64,000 nt of DNA from Candidatus Aenigmatarchaeota archaeon (GTDB lineage Archaea; Aenigmatarchaeota; Aenigmatarchaeia; QMZP01; QMZT01): the NCBI GenBank assembly GCA_041489155.1, contig JBGPQP010000005.1, positions 2,509 to 66,508 on the forward strand, written 5' to 3'. How positions within the stretch are numbered: the stretch's first letter is position 1; each line of letters begins with the position of its first letter. The notes under the pieces were generated by a model. It was not told the DNA's origin, searched no databases, and saw only the letters and a list, made by a program, of their open reading frames with translations. The position numbers and the translations under genes are program-made. Shown here piece after piece: positions 1-10,604 of the stretch.

Positions 1-2616
1 AACGAAGAAAGTTCACTCGCAGGCTATCTCGCAGGTCTGAGAAAGGGCTTCATAATATTTATCGACAACAAAAGCGTGGAAAACATACACAAGAAGATAG
101 AAGAAAATAACGAATATCTGAAGGAAAGGGGTCTTTTTTCGGGTTCTGTTGACTACAAGAAAGGAGATATCTTATATCTGGCGATCATCGGCGGTAACGA
201 TTCTGTTCCTTTCTGGCATTTCCGTGATCCAGCATTCGAGGTTCTTAACAACAAAGATGGCGATATTCTGTACTCAGACCTGATATATGGTGACATCAAC
301 AAAGACGGGATGCAGGAATTGGCCGTTGGTCGATTAGATGGAGGCATGACATCAATCGCCCTGAACCTTGCAAGACAAAGATTGCCAAAAGGAAACAAGG
401 CGGTTCTTATAGGTGAATACCGGCACGGCAAAATCATCGATGCCATGAACATGTTTGGCGGCATGTCGCAGGCATGGTTTATTGACAACTTCGTTTTAAA
501 GGGGTTCGAGGTACAGAGAACAGTGGAAAAAAGGATAGAATTCCCAAATCTTAATCAGGATCTTGATGATTTTATCAATGAAATTTACGGGCAACTAGCC
601 CAAGAATGTGTTCAATTATTGCTTGGGCCAATTGGCAAAATCTGGTCATACTCCGACCTTGGAATATCGGCGATGTACTCTGTTTTCGAATTTGACTGGA
701 AAAAGTGGCCAAAGCACAATTTCAATATAATACCGGACCACCTTCCCGTGGTAAGCCAGGATATGAACGAAAACATATCCAAGGCCTCTCTGGTAGGTTA
801 TTTCGGCTTGGGAGACAGCTATTGGCTGATTCCTCCGCAGGACAGAAACTGGGTCGAGCTGTATTTCAGACCTTATGATCGTTCAGCAAATTTCACTAGC
901 ATAGATTTTTCGGGGTTCCTTTACGACGACCACGACTTGTCGGCTGATTCGGAAATAAAAAAGCAGGTTCTGGAACAGGGTGGCAGCGTTCTCGGCTCAT
1001 CCGGCGTTATACATGACACTTATACGGCGATTACATCTGCATGCTTCTTTTCCAGCTTGGCATCAGGCAAATCACTGGGTGAATCACTTAAAGATATGAT
1101 AAACAGTCAACCAGCAGGCCAAGGGATTTCAATAATATATCCAAGCGCTTCGTTTACCAAAAGCCCATACCTTTATATAAAAGATATTTCGGAGAGGATA
1201 CTTTTTGCCGATCCGGCATATAGGCCGGCATCCAACAAATATTTTTCAAAGGAACAACTGTATTCGATAAAACCGTCCAATTCTTTCACGATTGAGTCTG
1301 AAATTGAAAGCAACTATACAATTGACGGTAGGGAAATAACTTTCCATAATGCAGATGCTTATCTTGTCGAAAAGGAAGAACCATTGATACCGATGTTTGT
1401 CAGAGAATTCTTGTTGCCGACAAATGCTTTGTTGAAATCGGTGAATGTCGATATCGATTATTCACGAAAATCCAATCTGGATAAAAAAATAATTTACAAT
1501 GATTCTTATTACTCGAACTATTCGGTGCTATTGGACGAATGCATTCAGGAAATTGGCATCGGAAATTCGGAGCCAACCAGCGAAGAGGAAACCAAGATCT
1601 ATGAATGCTTGAAGAATAAAGCCGCGCCAAAAATAGACTATCCATACCCAAACGAGAGCTATTGGTACAAGACGCAAAAACTGCTCGACAATAGGACAGT
1701 TGTATATGTCTATGTGCCTGCAATTCTGCATAAAAACAGACTGTTATCAAACCTTGTCGAGGATGCCAGAATAACGGTGGAATACGAATCGGCAGTGGAA
1801 CTGTTTTTAGAAACCGGCGATATAGGACTTGATCAGAATGAAAACATTAAAATCACGCTGTCCAGCAGTGACGGTGAAATATCTGGGGAATTACTATTGT
1901 GGATAGAGGGAAACGAATCATGGAATTTTTCTGAAAGCATCACCATTCCTACGAATTCTTCAGTATTGCGGGAGTTTTCTATCACCCCATGCTGCGCAGG
2001 CTCATACGAGGTCAGGGCGTTGTTTATATCTAATGATTTGACAATAGGTCCACGAATTTCGTATTTCGAGGTTGGCGGTTTGGATTTTGAAGCCAACAAA
2101 AAATTCGCCCCTTCGGAAGTCAGATTTTACAGAAAGGTATACATGCCTCCTGTCAACTTCCCTCAAATAAACATAAAAAACACCGGCATCTTGGATATAA
2201 CTTCGATAAATATTACTGATGAAATCCCGGCAGGATTCAAAATACCGGGTCACAGGCAACTAGACAGGATCGAGGTCGAAAAGGAATTTTTTGATACGGA
2301 CGATAAAATCCCGGTTTTCATTTTCCTTGTTACTGAAGAAAACAATCACCTTCTCAAGAAGGGAATTAAGATGTTAAACAGGAAATACTATAATGCGACA
2401 TTGGCTGGAAATAAACTTCTGATAATCACAGAAGATTTTTCAAAAACAAATTTCGGCAGGGATCTTGATAGAGGCGACACGCTTTTAATAAAATACATAA
2501 TTTTAAGCGATAAGGTTGATACGCCATTAAATACAACAACCAGCACAATCATTGATGCTTTCTCGGATGAGTTTTATTCGGAAAAAACAATCAAATCCGA
2601 ACTTCTGATCAAATGA
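1..2616 (+). CDS. Peptidase C25 (gingipain)-like surface protein, 5'-truncated; C25 core, propeptide-like region and Ig-like C-terminus
   Basis: Frame is open from position 1. 'YSDLIYGDINKDGMQELAVGRL' and 'LFADPA' resemble C25 motifs; 'EPLIPMFVREFLLP' resembles the C25 propeptide. Confidence 0.6.
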   Translation, partial: NEESSLAGYLAGLRKGFIIFIDNKSVENIHKKIEENNEYLKERGLFSGSVDYKKGDILYLAIIGGNDSVPFWHFRDPAFEVLNNKDGDILYSDLIYGDINKDGMQELAVGRLDGGMTSIALNLARQRLPKGNKAVLIGEYRHGKIIDAMNMFGGMSQAWFIDNFVLKGFEVQRTVEKRIEFPNLNQDLDDFINEIYGQLAQECVQLLLGPIGKIWSYSDLGISAMYSVFEFDWKKWPKHNFNIIPDHLPVVSQDMNENISKASLVGYFGLGDSYWLIPPQDRNWVELYFRPYDRSANFTSIDFSGFLYDDHDLSADSEIKKQVLEQGGSVLGSSGVIHDTYTAITSACFFSSLASGKSLGESLKDMINSQPAGQGISIIYPSASFTKSPYLYIKDISERILFADPAYRPASNKYFSKEQLYSIKPSNSFTIESEIESNYTIDGREITFHNADAYLVEKEEPLIPMFVREFLLPTNALLKSVNVDIDYSRKSNLDKKIIYNDSYYSNYSVLLDECIQEIGIGNSEPTSEEETKIYECLKNKAAPKIDYPYPNESYWYKTQKLLDNRTVVYVYVPAILHKNRLLSNLVEDARITVEYESAVELFLETGDIGLDQNENIKITLSSSDGEISGELLLWIEGNESWNFSESITIPTNSSVLREFSITPCCAGSYEVRALFISNDLTIGPRISYFEVGGLDFEANKKFAPSEVRFYRKVYMPPVNFPQINIKNTGILDITSINITDEIPAGFKIPGHRQLDRIEVEKEFFDTDDKIPVFIFLVTEENNHLLKKGIKMLNRKYYNATLAGNKLLIITEDFSKTNFGRDLDRGDTLLIKYIILSDKVDTPLNTTTSTIIDAFSDEFYSEKTIKSELLIK

Positions 2617-4165
2617 ACCTCTTGATCAGGTTTCTGAGAGGCTTTATTCTAATGCCAGTCTTTTCTTCGACCCCCTTCAGTATCATTATGTCATCCTCAC
2701 CGAGACCCCTGAATACAAGAATCAGCAGAGAATATGCAGTGATGAATATTATGAACATCGGCGTCAGGAGAAACACGTTTAGTTCTGTGAACAAGGTTTT
2801 GGTCAGGATAAAAACACCGGTTATCGAAATGATTCCTGCCAGCATCGCCTTTATCATGTCATTGTGGAATGGCGAATAACCTGAGATAAAATAAGCTTCC
2901 GCCATTATCATAAACGTATAAACAGAAAAGGTTATAAGAGTAGACAGAGCCGCACCGTTAATGCCATAGATAGGTATCAACATATAGTTAAAAACCACGC
3001 TTATGACCAGCGATGTGCCAGCGTTAATGATGTGATACTTTGTTTTTTTATGTAGGTTTATCATTCCGGAAGAGAGAATACTCATGGAATTGATAAAATA
3101 TGTTATTGACAATATCCTAAGGCACATTCCTGCCTCCAGATACTCCGAGCCGAAAAGTATGTTGATTACGGCATTGGGATATGCAATAAAAACGAGAAGC
3201 ATCGGCAGGTTGATATACAAAATCCACTTGTTCACGGTTTTATAGACCTTTTCTATTTCGCTTCCTTTGTTTCTTGACAGAAGTTCTGATACAACAGGAA
3301 TGAATATCGCGGCAAGCGCACCCGGAATGACATAAACAAATCTTGATGTCGGCCAGGCCGTCTGGTAAATGCCGACATCGGTGGATGTCTTGAGAATGCC
3401 GAGCATAAAGGTATCCACTTTGTCCATCACATCTAACAAAACCCCTGATACCAGAAGCGGTATCGAAAATGCCAGAAGCTCCTTTTTTGCGGGAATACTC
3501 TTCAGCTTGCTGCCCAAAAGAGGAAAAATCCTCTTTTCGAAAAAGATGAACGACAGAATGGCCGAAGTCGCGAACCCGATCGCATATCCTACTGTCGAAC
3601 CAATCAGGCCAAAGCCAAGAATCCAAAAAGCAATGACAGCGAAAAGCGTAGCCAGCGACCTGCCTACATGCCAGGATAGCATCTCATATTTGACTGCCTT
3701 AAACGCCATCGTCGAACAGGAAAATGTCTTGTATATGACGAAAATCGGCAGGGTGAATGAAAAAATTTTTAATATGAGCGATAATGAAGGTTCATGAAAA
3801 AATGAGGTGGCTATCTCATCGGAAAAGAAAAAAACCAATATGCATGCCAAGGCAGAGAAGGGTAGTGTTATTTTAAAGGTGGAAAGTATTATTCCTCTCA
3901 CTCTTTTCTGGTCATTTCTTGCGTTATAGTAAGGGACATATCTTTCTATGCTGCCTCCAAGTCCCAGCATGACAAAAGTCATGAGTACGCTTATGAAAGA
4001 CAAGCCCAAAAAAAGCAGGCCGTATTCGGATGGCGTCAGTGCCCTTGCCAGGACAAGTCTCAAGAGATAAAGAATTATCTGTGACGAGAGCATTCCGGCA
4101 AAGGTTATGCTTGATACCTTTGCAACTGTTTTCAGCGCCTTGTCTTTCGATATTTCATCGACCAT
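2609..4165 (-). CDS. Oligosaccharide flippase (Wzx/MOP family)
   Basis: 518 aa polytopic protein with 'LARALTPSEYGL', 'DTFMLG', 'VGIYQTA', 'LIPIYGINGAA'. Confidence 0.9.
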   Translation of the reverse strand: MVDEISKDKALKTVAKVSSITFAGMLSSQIILYLLRLVLARALTPSEYGLLFLGLSFISVLMTFVMLGLGGSIERYVPYYNARNDQKRVRGIILSTFKITLPFSALACILVFFFSDEIATSFFHEPSLSLILKIFSFTLPIFVIYKTFSCSTMAFKAVKYEMLSWHVGRSLATLFAVIAFWILGFGLIGSTVGYAIGFATSAILSFIFFEKRIFPLLGSKLKSIPAKKELLAFSIPLLVSGVLLDVMDKVDTFMLGILKTSTDVGIYQTAWPTSRFVYVIPGALAAIFIPVVSELLSRNKGSEIEKVYKTVNKWILYINLPMLLVFIAYPNAVINILFGSEYLEAGMCLRILSITYFINSMSILSSGMINLHKKTKYHIINAGTSLVISVVFNYMLIPIYGINGAALSTLITFSVYTFMIMAEAYFISGYSPFHNDMIKAMLAGIISITGVFILTKTLFTELNVFLLTPMFIIFITAYSLLILVFRGLGEDDIMILKGVEEKTGIRIKPLRNLIKRFI

Positions 4166-4212
4166 AGAAATAATTATTTTTCAATAAATAAAAGCCCGGG
4201 ACATGCGATGTT

Positions 4213-5145
4213 TTATAACTTCTTGAACCACTCAATCGTCCTTCCGAGGCCGTCGTCGAAGGCGACTTTTGGCTCCCAGCCCAGTCTTTCCTTCGCCTTG
4301 TTCATGTCCGGCCTCCTCTTTTCAGGGTCGTCCTCCGGCAGGGAGTTGAAGATTATGCCGGATTTTGAATTTGTAAGTTCCCTAATCTTTTTGGCGACAT
4401 CGATTATCCTTCTCTCGTCCGGATTGCCGAGGTTGAAAGGTTCGCCGGCGCAATCGGATTCCATCAGCTTTATCAGGCCGGAGACCATGTCGGAGACGTA
4501 GCAGAAGCTCCTCGTCTGTTTTCCATCGCCGTAGACCGTGATGGGTTTGTTCATTAGCGCCTGATTGATGAAGTTGGGTATGACCCTGCCATCGTTTGAC
4601 CGCATCCGCGGTCCATAAGTGTTGAATATCCTCGCTATCCTAACGTCGATTCCGTGGATCCTGTGGTATGCCATTACCAAGGCCTCGGCGAACCTTTTCG
4701 ACTCGTCATAGGGAGAGCGCGGCCCGATAGGATTAACATTGCCCCAGTAGTTCTCGCTCTGCGGATGCTTCTCCGGGTCGCCATAGACCTCGGAGGTCGA
4801 GGCGAGCAGGAGTCTTGCCTTCTTCTCCTTCGCCAAATCGAGCACGTTCTTCGTTCCGAAAGAATTGACCATCATCGTTTCTATCGGCCTCTGCATGTAA
4901 TCGACCGGGGAGGCCGGCGATGACAGATGGAAGATGTAGTCGATTTTGCCGGCGATTTTCAGCGGTTTTGAAGCGTCGTGTTTTATGAACCTGAAATTCT
5001 TGTGCTTGGCGAGATGGGAGATGTTATTTCTCTTTCCAGTGGACAGGTTGTCTACGCATATTACTTTGTTGTCTCTGACGAGCGCGTCTATCAGGTGAGA
5101 ACCGATAAACCCTGCCCCTCCGGTCACCAGAATGGTTTTGTTCAT
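4213..5145 (-). CDS. UDP-glucuronate decarboxylase-like NAD-dependent epimerase/dehydratase
   Basis: GGAGFIG, 'STSEVYGDP', 'YWGNVNPIGPRSPYDESKR', 'RIFNTYGPRM'. Confidence 0.92.
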   Translation of the reverse strand: MNKTILVTGGAGFIGSHLIDALVRDNKVICVDNLSTGKRNNISHLAKHKNFRFIKHDASKPLKIAGKIDYIFHLSSPASPVDYMQRPIETMMVNSFGTKNVLDLAKEKKARLLLASTSEVYGDPEKHPQSENYWGNVNPIGPRSPYDESKRFAEALVMAYHRIHGIDVRIARIFNTYGPRMRSNDGRVIPNFINQALMNKPITVYGDGKQTRSFCYVSDMVSGLIKLMESDCAGEPFNLGNPDERRIIDVAKKIRELTNSKSGIIFNSLPEDDPEKRRPDMNKAKERLGWEPKVAFDDGLGRTIEWFKKL

Positions 5146-5177
5146 AAGAAATGACTTGTCATTCTGTTCTTAAAAAT

Positions 5178-6776
5178 CTAACCGCAGCGGTAGATATAGC
5201 CGAACTCGAAGCCGTTCGAGTAAAAGCTTTTCTCCATTTCGCATCCGCTTACCATGTCCTTGAAGTTCTGGGATTTCGTGAAATCCTGCACATCGCATGC
5301 AAGAATGCAGCCTTCGATGCCTTCCGGAGGGGAAGTCATGTCAATAAAGCTTACGCCGTCCAGGTAATACGTGAAGGTTTTATCAGTGGAATATGGCTTG
5401 CAATCAAGATCGTGGGTCTTGTAGTAATCCGTCATTTCGAGCGCTGTACTGGTAAAATTCGGGCCGACAGTGGGGTAAAACGACTGGACAACCACGAAAA
5501 AATTGAAGGCAAGGCCGATGGCGATTATCGGGACGAGCAAGCTTCCATACCTGAAAGAGAGCAGGAACATGACGATTGAAGCTGCGATTAAAAAGATGAT
5601 GGAATGAATATGTATCGCAAATGGCGTGCTCGCAAAGCCAGAATACCAGAACATCGAGTTTTCGAATAGAAGGCTGGCCAGCATTTTTTTCGAATTGAAG
5701 GATTCATGGACGCCATAGCTGTTGAGGGCCATGATGATGACAAGGAACGCGAAGAAAAGGCAGGCAAATCTTATGGCATCTCGCCTTTCGAATTTTTTGG
5801 CAAGCAAGGTAATGCTTTTTGATGACAGCATCGCTAGGACGGGGACTGCGGGCATCAGGTACCTTGCCTTCGCCCCTCCTGGCAAAACTAATGTGTAAAA
5901 AAGCAAAATCATTGCAATATAGAAGAATAGAATGAAATCCTTCTTCTCGCGTTTTCTGATCAGGAGAAGTGGAAGCAGACAGAGCAATGGAGTGCCGTAT
6001 TGGAATAAGAATATGACGAGTTTCCCTACGGACAGGATATATGCATAAAGAACGTTCTCGGCGTCTGTGCGCCCTATGTTTCCGCCGCCCCATTCCAACG
6101 TGCTGACGAACATCTCAGGAGAATTCGTAGCAAACGAGAATAGCGGGAACAGCGAGAATACCGTAAGGCCCACAGCCGCAAATGCAGCGATGTATTTAAG
6201 GTTTCCGAGCTTGTTTGAAATCCAGTCGTATAAAATTATGACGGGGACAAGTAGAATGGCCGGATATTTTGTCAGCATGGCAAGGCCAAAGGATAAACCC
6301 GTTAATAAAAGCCATTTTTTATCCCTGCCGCTTTCGAACTTGTGGAAAGAGAAAAGCGTCATGACGGAAAACAGGGTCAGGAGATTTCCGTCGATGTCTA
6401 TGTATAACGACATCCATACGTGGTAGAATATCACCGACATGAGGAAGGCGGTTATGACTGCAGTCTTTTTGCCGTAAAGCGACTTGGCGAAGTAATATGA
6501 AACCGCTATTGTAAGCAGGCCGGCGCAGAGAGGCATCAAACGGAACGCGGATACTGAAACTCCGCCCGCTAGGGCAAACATGCCGTACGCCAAAAAAGCC
6601 ATAGGCGGATGGAAAAGCGGCTGGGAGCCGTGCAGCATGCCGCCGACCATGGACAGCCAGAAATTTTCATCAAAAAATGGGGCCATGCTCAGCCCACATA
6701 GCCTGAGGAGAAAGGCTACGATAATTGCAATAATCAAAAACTTATCCTCGTTTAATGCCGCTTTAAATTTATTCAT
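5178..6776 (-). CDS. GT-C membrane glycosyltransferase (ArnT/PMT, GT39/83-like)
   Basis: 'FFDE', 'HPP', 'LTKYPA', 'RYLMPAVP' and many TM helices. Confidence 0.85.
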   Translation of the reverse strand: MNKFKAALNEDKFLIIAIIVAFLLRLCGLSMAPFFDENFWLSMVGGMLHGSQPLFHPPMAFLAYGMFALAGGVSVSAFRLMPLCAGLLTIAVSYYFAKSLYGKKTAVITAFLMSVIFYHVWMSLYIDIDGNLLTLFSVMTLFSFHKFESGRDKKWLLLTGLSFGLAMLTKYPAILLVPVIILYDWISNKLGNLKYIAAFAAVGLTVFSLFPLFSFATNSPEMFVSTLEWGGGNIGRTDAENVLYAYILSVGKLVIFLFQYGTPLLCLLPLLLIRKREKKDFILFFYIAMILLFYTLVLPGGAKARYLMPAVPVLAMLSSKSITLLAKKFERRDAIRFACLFFAFLVIIMALNSYGVHESFNSKKMLASLLFENSMFWYSGFASTPFAIHIHSIIFLIAASIVMFLLSFRYGSLLVPIIAIGLAFNFFVVVQSFYPTVGPNFTSTALEMTDYYKTHDLDCKPYSTDKTFTYYLDGVSFIDMTSPPEGIEGCILACDVQDFTKSQNFKDMVSGCEMEKSFYSNGFEFGYIYRCG

Positions 6777-6784
6777 AACCCAAC

Positions 6785-7387
6785 CTATACGGATTTTTTT
6801 GCTATTATCATGTACCTTTCATACATGAATGCCGAGGCGTTTTTAACCGCGCTTATGGAAAAACCGCGCGCTTTGATCATATTTATCGCATCTTCCCTTG
6901 CGATATAATTCAGCTTTGTCGTCCTTGAAAATACCATATCATGCGCGTAGTTCCAGAGATACTTCACCAGGGGTTTTTTGTTCATCTCGACCAGCACGAA
7001 GATGCCGTTTGGCTTCAGGAACATGTAGGATTTTTCGACAACTTTTGCGTGAAGGCTTCTCGGCATGTGATGCATCACGTCCAGGCAGGTTATGGCATCG
7101 AATTTTTCGTTCGTCTGGAATTCAATGAAATCTGAGGCAACAAAATCTATATTGCCCAGGCCACTGGCCTTTTCTCCCGAACTTTGGGCTCTTTTTTTGT
7201 CGATTTCGACGCCTGTTATTGATATATTCCTTTTCGTCTTGGCAGCGTATATGGTGAACGTTCCGTGGCTGCTCCCTATGTCAAGAACCTTCCCCTCATT
7301 CGGAATCTCTTCAAGAATCTTGTCAAAAGGTATTATGAGAGAGCGCAGTTTGTCATATGCCTTTGATTTCATGCTCATAAAAATCAT
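6785..7387 (-). CDS. Class I SAM-dependent methyltransferase
   Basis: 'VLDIGSSHG', 'FDAITCLDVMHH', 'LKPNG'. Confidence 0.88.
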   Translation of the reverse strand: MIFMSMKSKAYDKLRSLIIPFDKILEEIPNEGKVLDIGSSHGTFTIYAAKTKRNISITGVEIDKKRAQSSGEKASGLGNIDFVASDFIEFQTNEKFDAITCLDVMHHMPRSLHAKVVEKSYMFLKPNGIFVLVEMNKKPLVKYLWNYAHDMVFSRTTKLNYIAREDAINMIKARGFSISAVKNASAFMYERYMIIAKKSV

Positions 7388-8082
7388 AAAAGATTTGAAA
7401 GTATAATCTTTATCATTCTAAGGCCGACCCTGAAGGCCTTGGTCTTCTTGCCTGTTATTTTGGATTCGCCTTTTCTGGGTTTATAGTTTACAGGTATTTC
7501 TATTGTTCTTATTTTATGTTTCAGAGCGAGTATCATCATTTCCGGGGAAAAATGAGAGCTGCCGACCGTGAACTTATCCTGTATTCTCTCAAGCGCCTGC
7601 TTCTTGATCAGCCTGTAGGTGCAGCCCACGTCGCTTAAATCGGGTCCGTTGTATAAAAATTCGACCATCTTCGCGAGGAAAACGTTGCCCCATTTCAGAA
7701 AAGGCCCCATGTTCGAGCCTTTCCATATTAGCTCCCTTGACGTCCTAGTTCCGAGAACGAAATCGAAGTCCTTGCTGTAGGCCAAAAATTTCAGGACGTC
7801 TTCAGGGTCAAACGTGCCGTCCGGTTCAACCAGAATAATATGAAATCCGCTTGCGCTTTTCATGGCGGTCTGGCAGGCGAAGCCGTAGCCCTGCCTCTTT
7901 TCCTCGACGACCCTTGCGCCAGCTTTCGTTGCGAGTTCCCTGGTCCTGTCGCTCGAGTTGTTGTCGCATACCACGACCTCGTCCACGTAGTCGAGTTTCC
8001 TGAAGTCGGCGACGGCGTTGCCTATGTTCGCTTCCTCGTTGTAGGCTGGCATGACGACTGAAACCTTCTTGCCGTTGAACAT
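7384..8082 (-). CDS. GT2 glycosyltransferase (dolichol-phosphate sugar synthase-like)
   Basis: 'VVMPAYNEE', 'DNNSSDRT', 'GYG', 'EIPVNYKPRKGESK'. Confidence 0.9.
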   Translation of the reverse strand: MFNGKKVSVVMPAYNEEANIGNAVADFRKLDYVDEVVVCDNNSSDRTRELATKAGARVVEEKRQGYGFACQTAMKSASGFHIILVEPDGTFDPEDVLKFLAYSKDFDFVLGTRTSRELIWKGSNMGPFLKWGNVFLAKMVEFLYNGPDLSDVGCTYRLIKKQALERIQDKFTVGSSHFSPEMMILALKHKIRTIEIPVNYKPRKGESKITGKKTKAFRVGLRMIKIILSNLL

Positions 8083-8100
8083 AGTAATTATTTCCGCATC

Positions 8101-9084
8101 TTATTTTAAATTAAGCTTCAGGGAGCTCATGCTCAGCGCACCCGCTATCATACTCATCCAGAAGGTGAAGAATCTTGCCATGAGAACCACCGCGGTGACA
8201 GAAGCGAATGGAAGGGAATAGACGCTCGTGAAAAGCAGGACCATAACAACCTCGCTCGAGCCGAGGCCGCCCGGCAGCATCGAGGTCACCCCGATGAGTA
8301 TGGATATCGACATTAACGCTATCGCCGCGAACTCGTCGATTCTCATGCCCACCGACAGGAAGCAGACGTAGACTATCAGGCCCTCTATGATCCAGATGCA
8401 GAAGGACAGGAAGAAATTCTTTGCAAGGAGGGGGGCGTTCTTGTACTGGGCTATCGAGGCGTTGAATTTTTCGGCGAAGCCCTCCAGGAATTTTTCCATC
8501 CTTTTTATCAGCGGGAGCCACCTGAAAAGCCCGACCATTTTTTTGGAAAACCAGTATATTCTTTTCCTGTCGGCGCTTATGTACAGCACGGCAACTATTG
8601 CTAGCAGATAAGCGATCACGACTGGAAAGAGCAGCGCCTCGACATTGTTTGGAAGCGCCATTACGCTTATGCCGGCCAAGGAAAGCAGGATCATCGAGAT
8701 TATGTCCGAGATCTTTTCTATGAAAACGGACGGCAGCGTCTTCGAAATCGAGAGGCCCGAGGTCTTCTTGAGCATGTAGCTTTTCACCGGCTCGCCTATC
8801 TTCCCGGGAGTGAAGTTGGAAAGCATCATGCCTGACATGTAGACTGCAAAAAGCCTCCGGAAACCGACATGCATTTTTATTCTCTGCAGCAGGATCTTCC
8901 ATCTGTAAGTCCTTATCAGCATGAGGGCAAGGGAAAGGACTAAAGCGACGGACACGTAATACAGATCAGCGCCCGATATGACCTCAGCAACCTTGCCGAT
9001 GTCCGAGAAATAAACCAGCGAAAGCAGCATGATGACGCTGAAAGAAAAAAGCAGCACTCTTATCTTCGTCTGCAAAGATGGCAT
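8101..9084 (-). CDS. Flippase-like membrane protein (LPG synthase TM/UPF0104 family)
   Basis: 'RW', 'NFTPGKIGEPVK', 'PGGLGSSE', 'RFFTFW'. Confidence 0.85.
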   Translation of the reverse strand: MPSLQTKIRVLLFSFSVIMLLSLVYFSDIGKVAEVISGADLYYVSVALVLSLALMLIRTYRWKILLQRIKMHVGFRRLFAVYMSGMMLSNFTPGKIGEPVKSYMLKKTSGLSISKTLPSVFIEKISDIISMILLSLAGISVMALPNNVEALLFPVVIAYLLAIVAVLYISADRKRIYWFSKKMVGLFRWLPLIKRMEKFLEGFAEKFNASIAQYKNAPLLAKNFFLSFCIWIIEGLIVYVCFLSVGMRIDEFAAIALMSISILIGVTSMLPGGLGSSEVVMVLLFTSVYSLPFASVTAVVLMARFFTFWMSMIAGALSMSSLKLNLK

Positions 9085-9089
9085 TGGCT

Positions 9090-9929
9090 TTACCTTCCGT
9101 TTTCTTCGTCGTGCTTCCTGACTTTTTTCATCATCCTTTCCCGCTCTTCATAATGCTTGTCAAGGTCGATCACGCCGCGCAGGAATTTTTCGGTCTCCTT
9201 CACCGTGTGCCATTTCCCTATGTCCAGGTATCGTCCTTTCAGCACGAAGCCGTTTATTTTCTCCCCGCTTTTGAGGGCGAGGGCCATCGCGTCCGTAAGC
9301 TGTATCTCGTTTTTGTGGCCCGGGCGGGTTTTTGCTATGTATTTGAAGATTCTCGGCTCGAACACGTATGCCCCGCACAAAGCGTAAAATTTGCCGTTGG
9401 TTTCCAGCTTCGCGGCCTTGCTCTTGGAAGGCTTTTCAAACATGTTCTCTATTTTACCGGTCCCTTTATCGAGCTTCCTGAACTTCGCTATGCCGTAACC
9501 TGACACATCATCGACTTCGAAAACCATAACCGTTGCCAGCGGCCTTTCTTTCTTGTGGTAATCTATCATTTCTTTCATCTCTTCCTTGGGCTCTATGAAA
9601 GAGTCGCCGAGAAGCGTGACGAAAGTCTTGTCTATCCAGCCCTTACCCTGCAGTATGCTGTGGCCTAATCCCCGTCTCACCATCTGATAGAGATAAACGA
9701 CGTTGACGCCGAAGAACGAGCCGTCGCCCACGTAGTCCATGAGCGCGCCTTTCTGGTAGCCGACCACCATGTATATGTTCCTTATTCCGCCAATCTTCAG
9801 GTTCTCTATCGTATGTTCTATGACGGCCTTGCCGAATATGGGATACATTTCCTTCGGGACAGCGCGCGAAAAAGGATAGAGCCTCGTCCCTATGCCAGCT
9901 GCAGGTATCAGGCCGACTATGTCGCTCAT
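9090..9929 (-). CDS. Sugar-1-phosphate nucleotidyltransferase (GalU/RmlA/AglF-like)
   Basis: 'IPAAGIGTRLYPFSRAVPKEM', 'EKP', 'EIQLTDA', 'YLDIG'. Confidence 0.9.
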   Translation of the reverse strand: MSDIVGLIPAAGIGTRLYPFSRAVPKEMYPIFGKAVIEHTIENLKIGGIRNIYMVVGYQKGALMDYVGDGSFFGVNVVYLYQMVRRGLGHSILQGKGWIDKTFVTLLGDSFIEPKEEMKEMIDYHKKERPLATVMVFEVDDVSGYGIAKFRKLDKGTGKIENMFEKPSKSKAAKLETNGKFYALCGAYVFEPRIFKYIAKTRPGHKNEIQLTDAMALALKSGEKINGFVLKGRYLDIGKWHTVKETEKFLRGVIDLDKHYEERERMMKKVRKHDEENGR

Positions 9930-10531
9930 CTCTTCACCGTTGGTTTAATTAATTTGTGGAGGCGTTTTAAAAGCGTTGTTTTTATGTTGCCTGCCCAGAC
10001 GAGCCACAGTATCCATATGGCGAGAACAAGGGAAATGAGGCCCGCCTGCCAGAAGTAGTCGTGTATTGCCAGCGCTGTTTCCAGGCCGTACGCTTTCCAG
10101 GCGGATATCACGAGGAGTATGCGCGAAAGGTTTCCTAGGTAAACCAGAGGAACGCCTATCGCCGCCCCCGCGAGCCGCTTTCGCATAGCGACTTTCGGGA
10201 CCGCAAACATAAGAGCGACAAGGAACAGCATGCTCTTCCAGCCCGTGCAATCTTCTGAAACGAAGAATATTATTTCATCGGCTCTTAACAGAAACCCGTC
10301 TCTGACCGCGCCGTAGCCGAGAAAATTGAGCATCGCCATAACGTTCTGGCTGACTATTTCTTGGAGCGGAAAAAGAAGCCCCGGCAGGGACATTATTACG
10401 TACAGAGGAAGCGCGAATATCAGCAGCTTTGCAAGGAAGATGAGCGTGTCGAAAAGTTTCCTCTGCTGCCTGTTCAGTTTTATCCCTCCGGTTTTTGCCT
10501 TCTTCCTGCCGCCAACACGCTTCCTTTTCAT
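9926..10531 (-). CDS. Archaeosortase/exosortase family protein
   Basis: Membrane protein with the family Cys-Arg-His triad: 'VSEDCTG', 'GNLSRI', 'IHDYFW'. Confidence 0.85.
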   Translation of the reverse strand: MKRKRVGGRKKAKTGGIKLNRQQRKLFDTLIFLAKLLIFALPLYVIMSLPGLLFPLQEIVSQNVMAMLNFLGYGAVRDGFLLRADEIIFFVSEDCTGWKSMLFLVALMFAVPKVAMRKRLAGAAIGVPLVYLGNLSRILLVISAWKAYGLETALAIHDYFWQAGLISLVLAIWILWLVWAGNIKTTLLKRLHKLIKPTVKR

Positions 10532-10604
10532 CTGATATAATTTTTGAAGGCTTGGATAAATAAGACGGATGATATTTTTTAAACCGCTTTACATATTGAA
10601 ATCC

